Source: Balanoglossus misakiensis (lineage: Eukaryota > Animalia > Hemichordata). From it: 64,000 bases of DNA. The stretch covers positions 10,557,309-10,621,308 of the forward strand of contig CM082591.2 in NCBI GenBank assembly GCA_040954595.2, read 5' to 3'. Both the position numbers and the translations under genes were made by a program. Below, piece after piece: positions 41,301-56,600 of the stretch (positions are counted from its first letter, which is position 1; each line of letters starts with the position of its first letter). The notes under the pieces are model-generated. The model had not been told where the DNA came from and ran no database searches. It saw nothing but the letters and a program-made list of their open reading frames with translations.

Positions 41301-44099
41301 CAACAGAATTTTGTAAACAAACGAGGCTGTGTTTGGAAGCAACCATGGAAACTTTAGAACTATCCGTCGATCTACAGAGTCTAGTGGAAAACTTTCTTAT
41401 GCGCATAGACCTATCATGTGTTCTGCGCATCACAACAGAATTTTGTAAACAAACGAGGCTGTGTTTGGAAGCAACCATGGAAACTTAAGAACTATCCGTC
41501 GATCTACAGAGTCTAGTGGAAAACTTTCTTATCCTCATAGGCCTATCATGTGTTCTGCGCATCACAACAGAATTTTGTAAACAAACGAGGCTTTGTTTGG
41601 AAGCAGCCATGGAAACTTTAGAACTATCCGTCGATCTACAGAGTCTAGTGGAAAACTTTCTTATGCGCATAGACCTATCATGTGTTCTGCGCATCACAAC
41701 AGAATTGTGTAAACAAACGAGGCTGTGTTTGGAAGCAACCATGGAAACTTTAGAACTATCCGTCGATCTACAGAGTCTAGTGGAAAACTTTCTTGTGCGC
41801 ATAGACCTATCATGTGTTCTGCGCATCACAACAGAATTTTGTAAACAAACGAGGCTGTGTTTGGAAGCAACCATGGAAACTTTAGAACTATCCGTCGATC
41901 TACAGAGTCTAGTGGAAAACTTTCTTATGCGCATAGACCTATCATGTGTTCTGCGCATCACAACAGAATTTTGTAAACAAACGAGGCTGTGTTTGGAAGC
42001 AACCATGGAAACTTTAGAACTATCCGTCGATCTACAGAGTCTAGTGGAAAACTTTCTTATCCTCATAGACCTATCATGTGTTCTGCGCATCACAACAGAA
42101 TTTTGTAAACAAACGAGGCTGTGTTTGGAAGCAACCATGGAAACTTTAGAACTATCCGTCGATCTACAGAGTCTAGTGGAAAACTTTCTTATGCGCATAG
42201 ACCTATCATGTGTTCTGCGCATCACAACAGAATTTTGTAAACAAACGAGGCTGTGTTTGGAAGCAACCATGGAAACTTTAGAACTATCCGTCGATCTACA
42301 GAGTCTTGTGGAAAACTTTCTTATCCTCATAGACCTATCATGTGTTCTGCGCATCACAACAGAATTTTGTAAACAAACGAGGCTGTGTTTGGAAGCAACA
42401 ATGGAAACTTTAGAACTATCCGTCGATCTACAGAGTCTAGAGGAAAACTTTCTTATCCTCATAGACCTATCATGTGTTCTGCGCATCACAACAGAATTTT
42501 GTAAACAAACGAGGCTGTGTTTGGAAGCAACAATGGAAACTTTAGAACTATCCGTCGATCTACAGAGTCTAGTGGAAAACTTTCTTATCCTCATAGACCT
42601 ATCATGTGTTCTGCGCATCACAACAGAATTTTGTAAACAAACGAGGCTGTGTTTGGAATCAACCATGGAAACTTTAGAACTATCCGTCGATCTACAGAGT
42701 CTAGTGGAAAACTTTCTTATCCTCATAGACCTATCATGTGTTCTGCGCATCACAACAGAATTTTGTAAACAAACGAGGCTGTGTTTGGAAGCAACCATGG
42801 AAACTTTAGAACTATCCGTCAATCTACAGAGTCTAATGGAAAACTTTCTTATGCGCATAGACCTATCATGTGTTCTGCGCATCACAACAGAATTTTGTAA
42901 ACAAACGAGGCTGTGTTTGGAAGCAACAATGGAAACTTTAGAACTATCCGTCGATCTACAGAGTCTAGTGGAAAACTTTCTTATCCTCATAGACCTATCA
43001 TGTGTTCTGCGCATCACAACAGAATTTTGTAAACAAACGAGGCTGTGTTTGGAAGCAACCATGGAAACTTTAGAACTATCCGTCGATCTACAGAGTCTAG
43101 TGGAAAACTTTCTTATGCGCATAGACCTATCATGTGTTCTGCGCATCACAACATAATTTTGTAAACAAACAAGGCTGTGTTTGGAAGCAACCATGGAAAC
43201 TTAAGAACTATCCGTCGATCTACAGAGTCTAGTGGAAAAATTTCTTATCCTCATAGACCTATCATGTGTTCTGCGCATCACAACAGAATTTTGTAAACAA
43301 ACGAGGCTGTGTTTGGAAGCAACCATGGAAACTTTAGAACTATCCGTCGATCTACAGAGTCTAGTGGAAAACTTTCTTATGCGCATAGACCTATCATGTG
43401 TTCTGCGCATCACAACAGAATTTTGTAAACAAACGAGGCTGTGTTTGGAAGCAACCATGGAAACTTTAGAACTATCCGTCGATCTACAGAGTCTAGTGGA
43501 AAACTTTCTTATCCTCATAGACCTATCATGTGTTCTGCGCATCACAACAGAATTTTGTAAACAAACGAGGCTGTGTTTGGAAGCAACCATGGAAACTTTA
43601 GAACTATCCGTCGATCTACAGAGTCTAGTGGAAAACTTTCTTATGCGCATAGGCCTATCATGTGTTCTGCGCATCACAACAGAATTTTGTAAACAAACGA
43701 GGCTGTGTTTGGAAGCAACCATGGAAACTTTAGAACTATCCGTCGATCTACAGAGTCTAGTGGAAAACTTTCTTATGCGCATAGACCTATCATGTGTTCT
43801 GCGCATCACAACAGAATTTTGTAAACAAACGAGGCTGTGTTTGGAAGCAACCATGGAAACTTTAGAACTATCCGTCGATCTACAGAGTCTAGTGGAAAAC
43901 TTTCTTATCCTCATAGACCTATCATGTGTTCTGCGCATCACAACAGAATTTTGTAAACAAACGAGGCTGTGTTTGGAAGCAACCATGGAAACTTTAGAAC
44001 TATCCGTCGATCTACAGAGTCTAGTGGAAAACTTTCTTATGCGCATAGACCTATCATGTGTTCTGCGCATCACAACAGAATTTTGTAAACAAACGAGGC

Positions 44100-47000
44100 T
44101 GTGTTTGGAAGCAACCATGGAAACTTTAGAACTATCCGTCGATCTACAGAGTCTTGTGGAAAACTTTCTTATCCTCATAGACCTATCATGTGTTCTGCGC
44201 ATCACAACAGAATTTTGTAAACAAACGAGGCTGTGTTTGGAAGCAACAATGGAAACTTTAGAACTATCCGTCGATCTACAGAGTCTAGAGGAAAACTTTC
44301 TTATCCTCATAGACCTATCATGTGTTCTGCGCATCACAACAGAATTTTGTAAACAAACGAGGCTGTGTTTGGAAGCAACAATGGAAACTTTAGAACTATC
44401 CGTCGATCTACAGAGTCTAGTGGAAAACTTTCTTATCCTCATAGACCTATCATGTGTTCTGCGCATCACAACAGAATTTTGTAAACAAACGAGGCTGTGT
44501 TTGGAAGCAACCATGGAAACTTTAGAACTATCCGTCAATCTACAGAGTCTAATGGAAAACTTTCTTATGCGCATAGACCTATCATGTGTTCTGCGCATCA
44601 CAACAGAATTTTGTAAACAAACGAGGCTGTGTTTGGAAGCAACAATGGAAACTTTAGAACTATCCGTCGATCTACAGAGTCTAGTGGAAAACTTTCTTAT
44701 CCTCATAGTCCTATCATGTGTTCTGCGCATCACAACAGAATTTTGTAAACAAACGAGGCTGTGTTTGGAAGCAACCATGGAAACTTTAGAACTATCCGTC
44801 GATCTACAGAGTCTAGTGGAAAACTTTCTTATGCGCATAGACCTATCATGTGTTCTGCGCATCACAACAGAATTTTGTAAACAAACGAGGCTGTGTTTGG
44901 AAGCAACCATGGAAACTTTAGAACTATCCGTCAATCTACAGAGTCTAATGGAAAACTTTCTTATGCGCATAGACCTATCATGTGTTCTGCGCATCACAAC
45001 AGAATTTTGTAAACAAACGAGGCTGTGTTTGGAAGCAACAATGGAAACTTTAGAACTATCCGTCGATCTACAGAGTCTAGTGGAAAACTTTCTTATCCTC
45101 ATAGTCCTATCATGTGTTCTGCGCATCACAACATAATTTTGTAAACAAACGAGGCTGTGTTTGGAAGCAACCATGGAAACTTAAGAACTATCCGTCGATC
45201 TACAGAGTCTAGTGGAAAAATTTCTTATCCTCATAGACCTATCATGTGTTCTGCGCATCACAACATAATTTTGTAAACAAACGAGGCTGTGTTTGGAAGC
45301 AACCATGGAAACTTTAGAACTATCCGTCGATCTACAGAGTCTAGTGGAAAACTTTCTTATGCGCATAGACCTATCATGTGTTCTGCGCATCACAACAGAA
45401 TTTTGTAAACAAACGAGGCTGTGTTTGGAAGCAACCATGGAAACTTTAGAACTATCCGTCGATCTACAGAGTCTAGTGGAAAACTTTCTTATCCTCATAG
45501 ACCTATCATGTGTTCTGCGCATCACAACAGAATTTTGTAAACAAACGAGGCTGTGTTTGGAAGCAACCATGGAAACTTTAGAACTATCCGTCGATCTACA
45601 GAGTCTAGTGGAAAACTTTCTTATGCGCATAGGCCTATCATGTGTTCTGCAAATCACAACAGAATTCGGTAAATAAACGAGGGTGTGTTTGGAAGCAACC
45701 ATGGAAACTTTAGAACTATCCGTCGATCTACAGAGTCTAGTGGAAAACTTTCTTATGCGCATAGACCTATCATGTGTTCTGCGCATCACAACAGAATTTT
45801 GTAAACAAACGAGACTGTGTTTGGAAGCAACCATGGAAACTTTAGAACTATCCGTCGTTCTACAGAGTCTAGTGGAAAACTTTCTTATCCTCATAGACCT
45901 ATCATGTGTTCTGCGCATCACAACAGAATTTTGTAAACAAACGAGGCTGTGTTTGGAAGCAACCATGGAAACTTTAGAACTATCCGTTGATCTACAGAGT
46001 CTAGTGGAAAACTTTCTTATGCGCATAGGCCTATCATGTGTTCTGCAAATCACAACAGAATTCGGTAAATAAACGAGGGTGTGTTTGGAAGCAACCATGG
46101 AAACTTTAGAACTATCCGTCGATCGACAGAGTCTAGTGGAAATCTTTCTTATGCGCATAGACCTATCATGTGTTCTGCGCATCACAACAGAATTTTGTAA
46201 ACAAACGAGGCTGTGTTTGGAAGCAACCATGGAAACTTTAGAACTATCCGTCGATCTACAGAGTCTTGTGGAAAACTTTCTTATCCTCATAGACCTATCA
46301 TGTGTTCTGCGCATCACAACAGAATTTTGTAAACAAACGAGGCTGTGTTTGGAAGCAACAATGGAAACTTTAGAACTATCCGTCGATCTACAGAGTCTAG
46401 AGGAAAACTTTCTTATCCTCATAGACCTATCATGTGTTCTGCGCATCACAACAGAATTTTGTAAACAAACGAGGCTGTGTTTGGAAGCAACAATGGAAAC
46501 TTTAGAACTATCCGTCGATCTACAGAGTCTAGTGGAAAACTTTCTTATCCTCATAGACCTATCATGTGTTCTGCGCATCACAACAGAATTTTGTAAACAA
46601 ACGAGGCTGTGTTTGGAAGCAACCATGGAAACTTTAGAACTATCCGTCAATCTACAGAGTCTAATGGAAAACTTTCTTATGCGCATAGACCTATCATGTG
46701 TTCTGCGCATCACAACAGAATTTTGTAAACAAACGAGGCTGTGTTTGGAAGCAACAATGGAAACTTTAGAACTATCCGTCGATCTACAGAGTCTAGTGGA
46801 AAACTTTCTTATCCTCATAGTCCTATCATGTGTTCTGCGCATCACAACAGAATTTTGTAAACAAACGAGGCTGTGTTTGGAAGCAACCATGGAAACTTTA
46901 GAACTATCCGTCGATCTACAGAGTCTAGTGGAAAACTTTCTTATGCGCATAGACCTATCATGTGTTCTGCGCATCACAACAGAATTTTGTAAACAAACGA

Positions 47001-48430
47001 GGCTGTGTTTGGAAGCAACCATGGAAACTTTAGAACTATCCGTCAATCTACAGAGTCTAATGGAAAACTTTCTTATGCGCATAGACCTATCATGTGTTCT
47101 GCGCATCACAACAGAATTTTGTAAACAAACGAGGCTGTGTTTGGAAGCAACAATGGAAACTTTAGAACTATCCGTCGATCTACAGAGTCTAGTGGAAAAC
47201 TTTCTTATCCTCATAGTCCTATCATGTGTTCTGCGCATCACAACATAATTTTGTAAACAAACGAGGCTGTGTTTGGAAGCAACCATGGAAACTTAAGAAC
47301 TATCCGTCGATCTACAGAGTCTAGTGGAAAAATTTCTTATCCTCATAGACCTATCATGTGTTCTGCGCATCACAACATAATTTTGTAAACAAACGAGGCT
47401 GTGTTTGGAAGCAACCATGGAAACTTTAGAACTATCCGTCGATCTACAGAGTCTAGTGGAAAACTTTCTTATGCGCATAGACCTATCATGTGTTCTGCGC
47501 ATCACAACAGAATTTTGTAAACAAACGAGGCTGTGTTTGGAAGCAACCATGGAAACTTTAGAACTATCCGTCGATCTACAGAGTCTAGTGGAAAACTTTC
47601 TTATCCTCATAGACCTATCATGTGTTCTGCGCATCACAACAGAATTTTGTAAACAAACGAGGCTGTGTTTGGAAGCAACCATGGAAACTTTAGAACTATC
47701 CGTCGATCTACAGAGTCTAGTGGAAAACTTTCTTATGCGCATAGGCCTATCATGTGTTCTGCAAATCACAACAGAATTCGGTAAATAAACGAGGGTGTGT
47801 TTGGAAGCAACCATGGAAACTTTAGAACTATCCGTCGATCTACAGAGTCTAGTGGAAAACTTTCTTATGCGCATAGACCTATCATGTGTTCTGCGCATCA
47901 CAACAGAATTTTGTAAACAAACGAGACTGTGTTTGGAAGCAACCATGGAAACTTTAGAACTATCCGTCGTTCTACAGAGTCTAGTGGAAAACTTTCTTAT
48001 CCTCATAGACCTATCATGTGTTCTGCGCATCACAACAGAATTTTGTAAACAAACGAGGCTGTGTTTGGAAGCAACCATGGAAACTTTAGAACTATCCGTT
48101 GATCTACAGAGTCTAGTGGAAAACTTTCTTATGCGCATAGGCCTATCATGTGTTCTGCAAATCACAACAGAATTCGGTAAATAAACGAGGGTGTGTTTGG
48201 AAGCAACCATGGAAACTTTAGAACTATCCGTCGATCGACAGAGTCTAGTGGAAATCTTTCTTATGCGCATAGACCTATCATGTGTTCTGCGCATCACAAC
48301 AGAATTTTGTAAACAAACGAGGCTGTGTTTGGAAGCAACCATGGAAACTTTAGAACTATCCGTCGATCTACAGAGTCTTGTGGAAAACTTTCTTATCCTC
48401 ATAGACCTATCATGTGTTCTGCGCATCACA
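44100..48430. repeat. Two tandem copies of a 16-mer HOR (2112 bp) with internal 3-mer (396 bp) duplications
   Basis: GTCTTGTG at 44151, 46263 and 48375; ORF ends 45181->47293. GTCAATC/CTAATGG and GCAAATC/TTCGGTAAATAA markers each repeat at +396 and +2112. Confidence 0.85.
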
Positions 48431-49929
48431 ACATAATTTTGTAAACAAACGAGGCTGTGTTTGGAAGCAACCATGGAAACTTAAGAACTATCCGTCGATC
48501 TACAGAGTCTAGTGGAAAAATTTCTTATCCTCATAGACCTATCATGTGTTCTGCGCATCACAACAGAATTTTGTAAACAAACGAGGCTGTGTTTGGAAGC
48601 AACCATGGAAACTTTAGAACTATCCGTCGATCTACAGAGTCTAGTGGAAAACTTTCTTATGCGCATAGACCTATCATGTGTTCTGCGCATCACAACAGAA
48701 TTTTGTAAACAAACGAGGCTGTGTTTGGAAGCAACCATGGAAACTTTAGAACTATCCGTCGATCTACAGAGTCTAGTGGAAAACTTTCTTATCCTCATAG
48801 ACCTATCATGTGTTCTGCGCATCACAACAGAATTTTGTAAACAAACGAGGCTGTGTTTGGAAGCAACCATGGAAACTTTAGAACTATCCGTCGTTCTACA
48901 GAGTCTAGTGGAAAACTTTCTTATCCTCATAGACCTATCATGTGTTCTGCGCATCACAACAGAATTTTGTAAACAAACGAGGCTGTGTTTGGAAGCAACC
49001 ATGGAAACTTTAGAACTATCCGTTGATCTACAGAGTCTAGTGGAAAACTTTCTTATGCGCATAGGCCTATCATGTGTTCTGAAAATCACAACAGAATTCG
49101 GTAAATAAACGAGGGTGTGTTTGGAAGCAACCATGGAAACTTTAGAACTATCCGTCGATCGACAGAGTCTAGTGGAAATCTTTCTTATGCGCATAGACCT
49201 ATCATGTGTTCTGCGCATCACAACAGAATTTTGTAAACAAACGAGGCTGTGTTTGGAAGCAACCATGGAAACTTTAGAACTATCCGTCAATCTACAGAGT
49301 CTAGTGGAAAACTTTCTTATGCGCATAGACCTATCATGTGTTCTGCGCATCACAACAGAATTTTGTGAACAAACGAGGCTGTGTTTGGAAGCAACCATGG
49401 AAACTTTAGAACTATCCGTCGATCTACAGAGTCTAGTGGAAAACTTTCTTATGCGCATAGACCTATCATGTGTTCTGCGCATCACAACAGAATTTTGTAA
49501 ACAAACGAGGCTGTGTTTGGAAGCAACCATGGAAACTTTAGAACTATCCGTCGATAGACAGAGTCTAGTGGAAAACTTTCTTATGCGCATAGACCTATCA
49601 TGTGTTCTGCGCATCACAACAGAATTTTGTAAACAAACGAGGCTGTGTTTGGAAGCAACCATGGAAACTTTAGAACTATCCGTCGATCTACAGAGTCTAG
49701 TGGAAAACTTTCTTATGCGCATAGACCTATCATGTGTTCTGCGCATCACAACAGAATTTTGTATACAAAAGAGGGTGTGTTTGGAAGCAACCATGGAAAC
49801 TTTAGAACTATCCGTCGTTCTACAGAGTCTAGAGGAAAACTTTCTTATCCTCATAGGCCTATCATGTGTTCTGCGCATCACAACAGAATTTTGTAAACAA
49901 ACGAGGCTGTGTTTGGAAGCAACCATGGA

Positions 49930-51510
49930 AACTTTAGAACTATCCGTCGTTCTGCAGAGTCTACAGGAAAACTTTCTTATCCTCATAGGCCTATCATGTG
50001 TTCTGCGCATCACAACAGAATTTTGTAAACAAACGAGGCTGTGTTTGGAAGCAACAATGGAAACTTTAGAACTATCCGTCGATCTACAGAGTCTAGTGGA
50101 AAACTTCCTTATGCGCATAGGCCAATCATGTGTTCTGCGCATCACAACAGATTTCCTTAAATAAACGAGGCTGTGTTTGGAAGCAACCATGGAAATTTTA
50201 GAACTATCCGTCGATCTACAGAGTCTAGTGGAAAACTTTCTTATGTGCATAGGTCTATCATGTGTTCTGCGCATCACAACATAATTTTTTAAACAATCGA
50301 GGCTGTGTTTGGAAGCAACCATGGAAACTTTAGAACTATCCGTCGATCTACAGAGTCTAGAGGAAAACTTTCTTATGCGCATAGGCCTATCATGTGTTCT
50401 GCGCATCACAACAGAATTTTGTAAACAAACGAGGCTGTGTTTGGAAGCAACCATGGAAACTTTAGAACTATCCGTCGATCTACAGAGTCTAGTGGAAAAC
50501 TTTTTTATCCTCATAGGCCTATCATGTGTTCTGCGCATCACAACAGAATTTTGTAAACAAACGAGGCTGTGTTTGGAAGCAACCATGGAAACTTTAGAAC
50601 TATCCGTCGATCTACAGAGTCTAGTGGAAAACTTTCTTATGCGCATAGACCTATCATGTGTTCTGCGCATCACAACAGAATTTTGTAAACAAACGAGGCT
50701 GTGTTTGGAAGCAACCATGGAAACTTAAGAACTATCCGTCGTTCTGCAGAGTCTACAGGAAAACTTTCTTATCCTCATAGGCCTATCATGTGTTCTGCGC
50801 ATCACAACAGAATTTTGTAAACAAACGAGGCTGTGTTTGGAAGCAACAATGGAAACTTTAGAACTATCCGTCGATCTACAGAGTCTAGTGGAAAACTTCC
50901 TTATGCGCATAGGCCAATCATGTGTTCTGCGCATCACAACAGATTTCCTTAAATAAACGAGGCTGTGTTTGGAAGCAACCATGGAAATTTTAGAACTATC
51001 CGTCGATCTACAGAGTCTAGTGGAAAACTTTCTTATGTGCATAGGTCTATCATGTGTTCTGCGCATCACAACATAATTTTTTAAACAATCGAGGCTGTGT
51101 TTGGAAGCAACCATGGAAACTTTAGAACTATCCGTCGATCTACAGAGTCTAGAGGAAAACTTTCTTATGCGCATAGGCCTATCATGTGTTCTGCGCATCA
51201 CAACAGAATTTTGTAAACAAACGAGGCTGTGTTTGGAAGCAACCATGGAAACTTTAGAACTATCCGTCGATCTACAGAGTCTAGTGGAAAACTTTTTTAT
51301 CCTCATAGGCCTATCATGTGTTCTGCGCATCACAACAGAATTTTGTAAACAAACGAGGCTGTGTTTGGAAGCAACCATGGAAACTTTAGAACTATCCGTC
51401 GATCTACAGAGTCTAGTGGAAAACTTTCTTATGCGCATAGACCTATCATGTGTTCTGCGCATCACAACAGAATTTTGTAAACAAACGAGGCTGTGTTTGG
51501 AAGCAACCAT
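49930..51510. repeat. Two tandem copies of a 6-mer (792 bp) carrying partly diverged monomers
   Basis: GTTCTGCAGAGTCTACAGG at ~49949 and ~50741; GATTTCCTTAAAT at ~50150 and ~50942; ORFs 50309->51101. Confidence 0.85.
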
Positions 51511-53639
51511 GGAAACATAAGAACTATCCGTCGATCTACAGAGTCTAGTGGAAAACTTTCTTATCCTCATAGGCCTATCATGTGTTCTGCGCATCACAAC
51601 ATAATTTTTTAAACAATCGAGGCTGTGTTTGGAAGCAACCATGGAAACTTTAGAACTATCCGTCGATCTACAGAGTCTAGTGGAAAACTTTCTTATGCGC
51701 ATAGGCCTATCATGTGTTCTGCGCATCACAACAGAATTTTGTAAACAAACGAGGCTGTGTTTGGAAGCAACCATGGAAACTTTAGAACTATCCGTCGATC
51801 TACAGAGTGTAGTGGAAAACTTTTTTATCCTCATAGGCCTATCATGTGTTCTGCGCATCACAACAGAATTTTGTAAACAAACGAGGCTGTGTTTGGAAGC
51901 AACCATGGAAACTTTAGAACTATCCGTCGATCTACAGAGTCTAGTGGAAAACTTTCTTATGCGCATAGACCTATCATGTGTTCTGCGCATCACAACAGAA
52001 TTTTGTAAACAAACGAGGCTGTGTTTGGAAGCAACCATGGAAACTTAAGAACTATCCGTCGATCTACAGAGTCTAGTGGAAAACTTTCTTATGCGCATAG
52101 GCCTATCATGTGTTCTGCGCATCACAACAGAATTTTGTAAACAAACGAGGCTGTGTTTGGAAGCAACCATGGAAACTTTAGAACTATCCGTCGATCTACA
52201 GAGTCTAGTGGAAAACTTTTTTATCCTCATAGGCCTATCATGTGTTCTGCGCATCACAACAGAATTTTGTAAACAAACGAGGCTGTGTTTGGAAGCAACC
52301 ATGGAAACTTTAGAACTATCCGTCGATCTACAGAGTCTAGTGGAAAACTTTTTTATCCTCATAGGCCTATCATGTGTTCTGCGCATCACAACAGAATTTT
52401 GTAAACAAACGAGGCTGTGTTTGGAAGCAACCATGGAAACTTTAGAACTATCCGTCGATCTACAGAGTCTAGTGGAAAACTTTCTTATGCGCATAGACCT
52501 ATCATGTGTTCTGCGCATCACAACAGAATTTTGTAAACAAACGAGGCTGTGTTTGGAAGCAACCATGGAAACTTAAGAACTATCCGTCGATCTACAGAGT
52601 CTAGTGGAAAACTTTCTTATCCTCATAGGCCTATCATGTGTTCTGCGCATCACAACAGAATTTTGTAAACAAACGAGGCTGTGTTTGGAAGCAACCATGG
52701 AAACTTAAGAACTATCCGTCGATCTACAGAGTCTAGTGGAAAACTTTCTTATCCTCATAGGCCTATCATGTGTTCTGCGCATCACAACAGAATTTTGTAA
52801 ACAAACGAGGCTGTGTTTGGAAGCAACCATGGAAACTTTAGAACTATCCGTCGATCTACAGAGTCTAGTGGAAAACTTTCGTATGCGCATAGACCTATCA
52901 TGTGTTCTGCGCATCACAACAGAATTTTGTAAACAAACGAGGCTGTGTTTGGAAGCAACCATGGAAACTTAAGAACTATCCGTCGATCTACAGAGTCTAG
53001 TGGAAAACTTTCTTATCCTCATAAGCCTATCATGTGTTCTGCGCATCACAACATAATTTTTTAAACAATCGAGGCTGTGTTTGGAAGCAACCATGGAAAC
53101 TTTAGAACTATCCGTCGATCTACAGAGTCTAGTGGAAAACTTTCTTATGCGCATAGGCCTATCATGTGTTCTGCGCATCACAACAGAATTTTGTAAACAA
53201 ACGAGGCTGTGTTTGGAAGCAACCATGGAAACTTTAGAACTATCCGTCGATCTACAGAGTCTAGTGGAAAACTTTTTTATCCTCATAGGCCTATCATGTG
53301 TTCTGCGCATCACAACAGAATTTTGTAAACAAACGAGGCTGTGTTTGGAAGCAACCATGGAAACTTTAGAACTATCCGTCGATCTACAGAGTCTAGTGGA
53401 AAACTTTCTTATGCGCATAGACCTATCATGTGTTCTGCGCATCACAACAGAATTTTGTAAACAAACGAGGCTGTGTTTGGAAGCAACCATGGAAACTTAA
53501 GAACTATCCGTCGATCTACAGAGTCTAGTGGAAAACTTTCTTATGCGCATAGGCCTATCATGTGTTCTGCGCATCACAACAGAATTTTGTAAACAAACGA
53601 GGCTGTGTTTGGAAGCAACCATGGAAACTTTAGAACTAT

Positions 53640-56600
53640 CCGTCGATCTACAGAGTCTAGTGGAAAACTTGTTTATCCTCATAGGCCTATCATGTGTTCT
53701 GCGCATCACAACAGAATTTTGTAAACAAACGAGGCTGTGTTTGGAAGCAACCATGGAAACTTTAGAACTATCCGTCGATCTACAGAGTCTAGTGGAAAAC
53801 TTTCTTATGCGCATAGGCCTATCATGTGTTCTGCGCATCACAACAGAAGTTTGTAAACAAACGAGGCTGTGTTTGGAAGCAACCATGGAAACTTTAGAAC
53901 TATCCGTCGATCTACAGAGTCTAGTGGAAAACTTTTTTATCCTCATAGGCCTATCATGTGTTCTGCGCATCACAACAGAATTTTGTAAACAAACGAGGCT
54001 GTGTTTGGAAGCAACCATGGAAACTTTAGAACTATCCGTCGATCTACAGAGTCTAGTGGAAAACTTTCTTATGCGCATAGACCTATCATGTGTTCTGCGC
54101 ATCACAACAGAATTTTGTAAACAAACGAGGCTGTGTTTGGAAGCAACCATGGAAACTTAAGAACTATCCGTCGATCTACAGAGTCTAGTGGAAAACTTTC
54201 TTATCCTCATAGGCCTATCATGTGTTCTGCGCATCACAACAGAATTTTGTAAACAAACGAGGCTGTGTTTGGAAGCAACCATGGAAACTTAAGAACTATC
54301 CGTCGATCTACAGAGTCTAGTGGAAAACTTTCTTATCCTCATAGGCCTATCATGTGTTCTGCGCATCACAACATAATTTTTTAAACAATCGAGGCTGTGT
54401 TTGGAAGCAACCATGGAAACTTTAGAACTATCCGTCGATCTACAGAGTCTAGTGGAAAACTTTCTTATGCGCATAGGCCTATCATGTGTTCTGCGCATCA
54501 CAACAGAATTTTGTAAACAAACGAGGCTGTGTTTGGAAGCAACCATGGAAACTTTAGAACTATCCGTCGATCTACAGAGTCTAGTGGAAAACTTTTTTAT
54601 CCTCATAGGCCTATCATGTGTTCTGCGCATCACAACAGAATTTTGTAAACAAACGAGGCTGTGTTTGGAAGCAACCATAAAAACTTTAGAACTATCCGTC
54701 GATCTACAGAGTCTAGTGGAAAACTTTCTTATGCGCATAGGCCTATCATGTGTTTTGCGCATCACAACAGAATTTTGTAAACAAACGAGGCTGTGTTTGG
54801 AAGCAACCATGGAAAGTTTAGAACTATCCGTCGATCTACAGAGTCTAGTGGAAAACTTTCTTATCCTCATAGGCCTATCATGTGTTCTGCGCATCACAAC
54901 ATAATTTTTTAAACAATCGAGGCTGTGTTTGGAAGCAACCATGGAAACTTTAGAACTATCCGTCGATCTACAGAGTCTAGTGGAAAACTTTCTTATGCGC
55001 ATAGGCCTATCATGTGTTCTGCGCATCACAACAGAATTTTGTAAACAAACGAGGCTGTGTTTGGAAGCAACCATGGAAACTTAAGAACTATCCGTCGATC
55101 TACAGAGTCTAGTGGAAAACTTTTTTATCCTCATAGGCCTATCATGTGTTCTGCGCATCACAACAGAATTTTGTAAACAAACGAGGCTGTGTTTGGAAGC
55201 AACCATGGAAACTTTACAACTATCCGTCGATCTACAGAGTCTAGTGGAAAACTTTCTTATGCGCATAGACCTATCATGTGTTCTGCGCATCACAACAGAA
55301 TTTTGTAAACAAACGAGGCTGTGTTTGGAAGCAACCATGGAAACTTAAGAACTATCCGTCGATCTACAGAGTCTAGTGGAAAACTTTCTTATGCGCATAG
55401 GCCTATCATGTGTTCTGCGCATCACAACAGAATTTTGTAAACAAACGAGGCTGTGTTTGGAAGCAACCATGGAAACCTTAGACATATCCGTCGATCTACA
55501 GAGTCTAATGGAAAACTTTCTTATGCGCATAGACCTATCATGTGTTCTGCGCATCACAACAGAATTTTGTAAACAAACGAGACTGTGTTTGGAAGCAACC
55601 ATGGACACTTTAGAACTATCCGTCGTTCTACAGAGTCTAGAGGAAAACTTTCTTATCCTCATAGGCCTATCATGTGTTCTGCGCATCACAACAGAATTTT
55701 GTAAACAAACGAGGCTGTGTTTGGAAGCAACCATGGAAACTTTAGAACTATCCGTCGATCTACAGAGTCCAGTGGAAAACTTTCTTATCCTCATAGGCCT
55801 ATCATGTGTTCTGCGCATCACAACAGAATTTTGTAAACAAACGAGGCTGTGTTTGGAAGCAACAATGGAAACTTTAGAACTATCCGTCGATCTACAGAGT
55901 CTAGTGGAAAACTTTCTTATCCTCATAGGACTATCATGTGTTCTGCGCATCACAACAGAATTTTGTAAACAAACGAGACTGTGTTTGGAAGCAACCATGG
56001 ACACTTTAGAACTATCCGTCGTTCTACAGAGTCTAGAGGAAAACTTTCTTATCCTCATAGGCCTATCATGTGTTCTGCGCATCACAACAGAATTTTGTAA
56101 ACAAACGAGGCTGTGTTTGGAAGCAACCATGGAAACTTTAGAACTATCCGTCGATCTACAGAGTCCAGTGGAAAACTTTCTTATCCTCATAGGCCTATCA
56201 TGTGTTCTGCGCATCACAACAGAATTTTGTAAACAAACGAGGCTGTGTTTGGAAGCAACAATGGAAACTTTAGAACTATCCGTCGATCTACAGAGTCTAG
56301 TGGAAAACTTTCTTATCCTCATAGGCCTATCATGTGTTCTGCGCATCACAACAGAATTTTGTAAACAAACGAGGCTGTGTTTGGAAGCAACCATGGAAAC
56401 TTTAGAACTATCCGTCGATCTACAGAGTCTAGTGGAAAACTTTCTTATCCTCATAGGCCTATCATGTGTTCTGCGCATCACAACAGAATTTTGTAAACAA
56501 ACGAGGCTGTGTTTGGAAGCAGCCATGGAAACTTTAGAACTATCCGTCGATCTACAGAGTCTAGTGGAAAACTTTCTTATGCGCATAGACCTATCATGTG

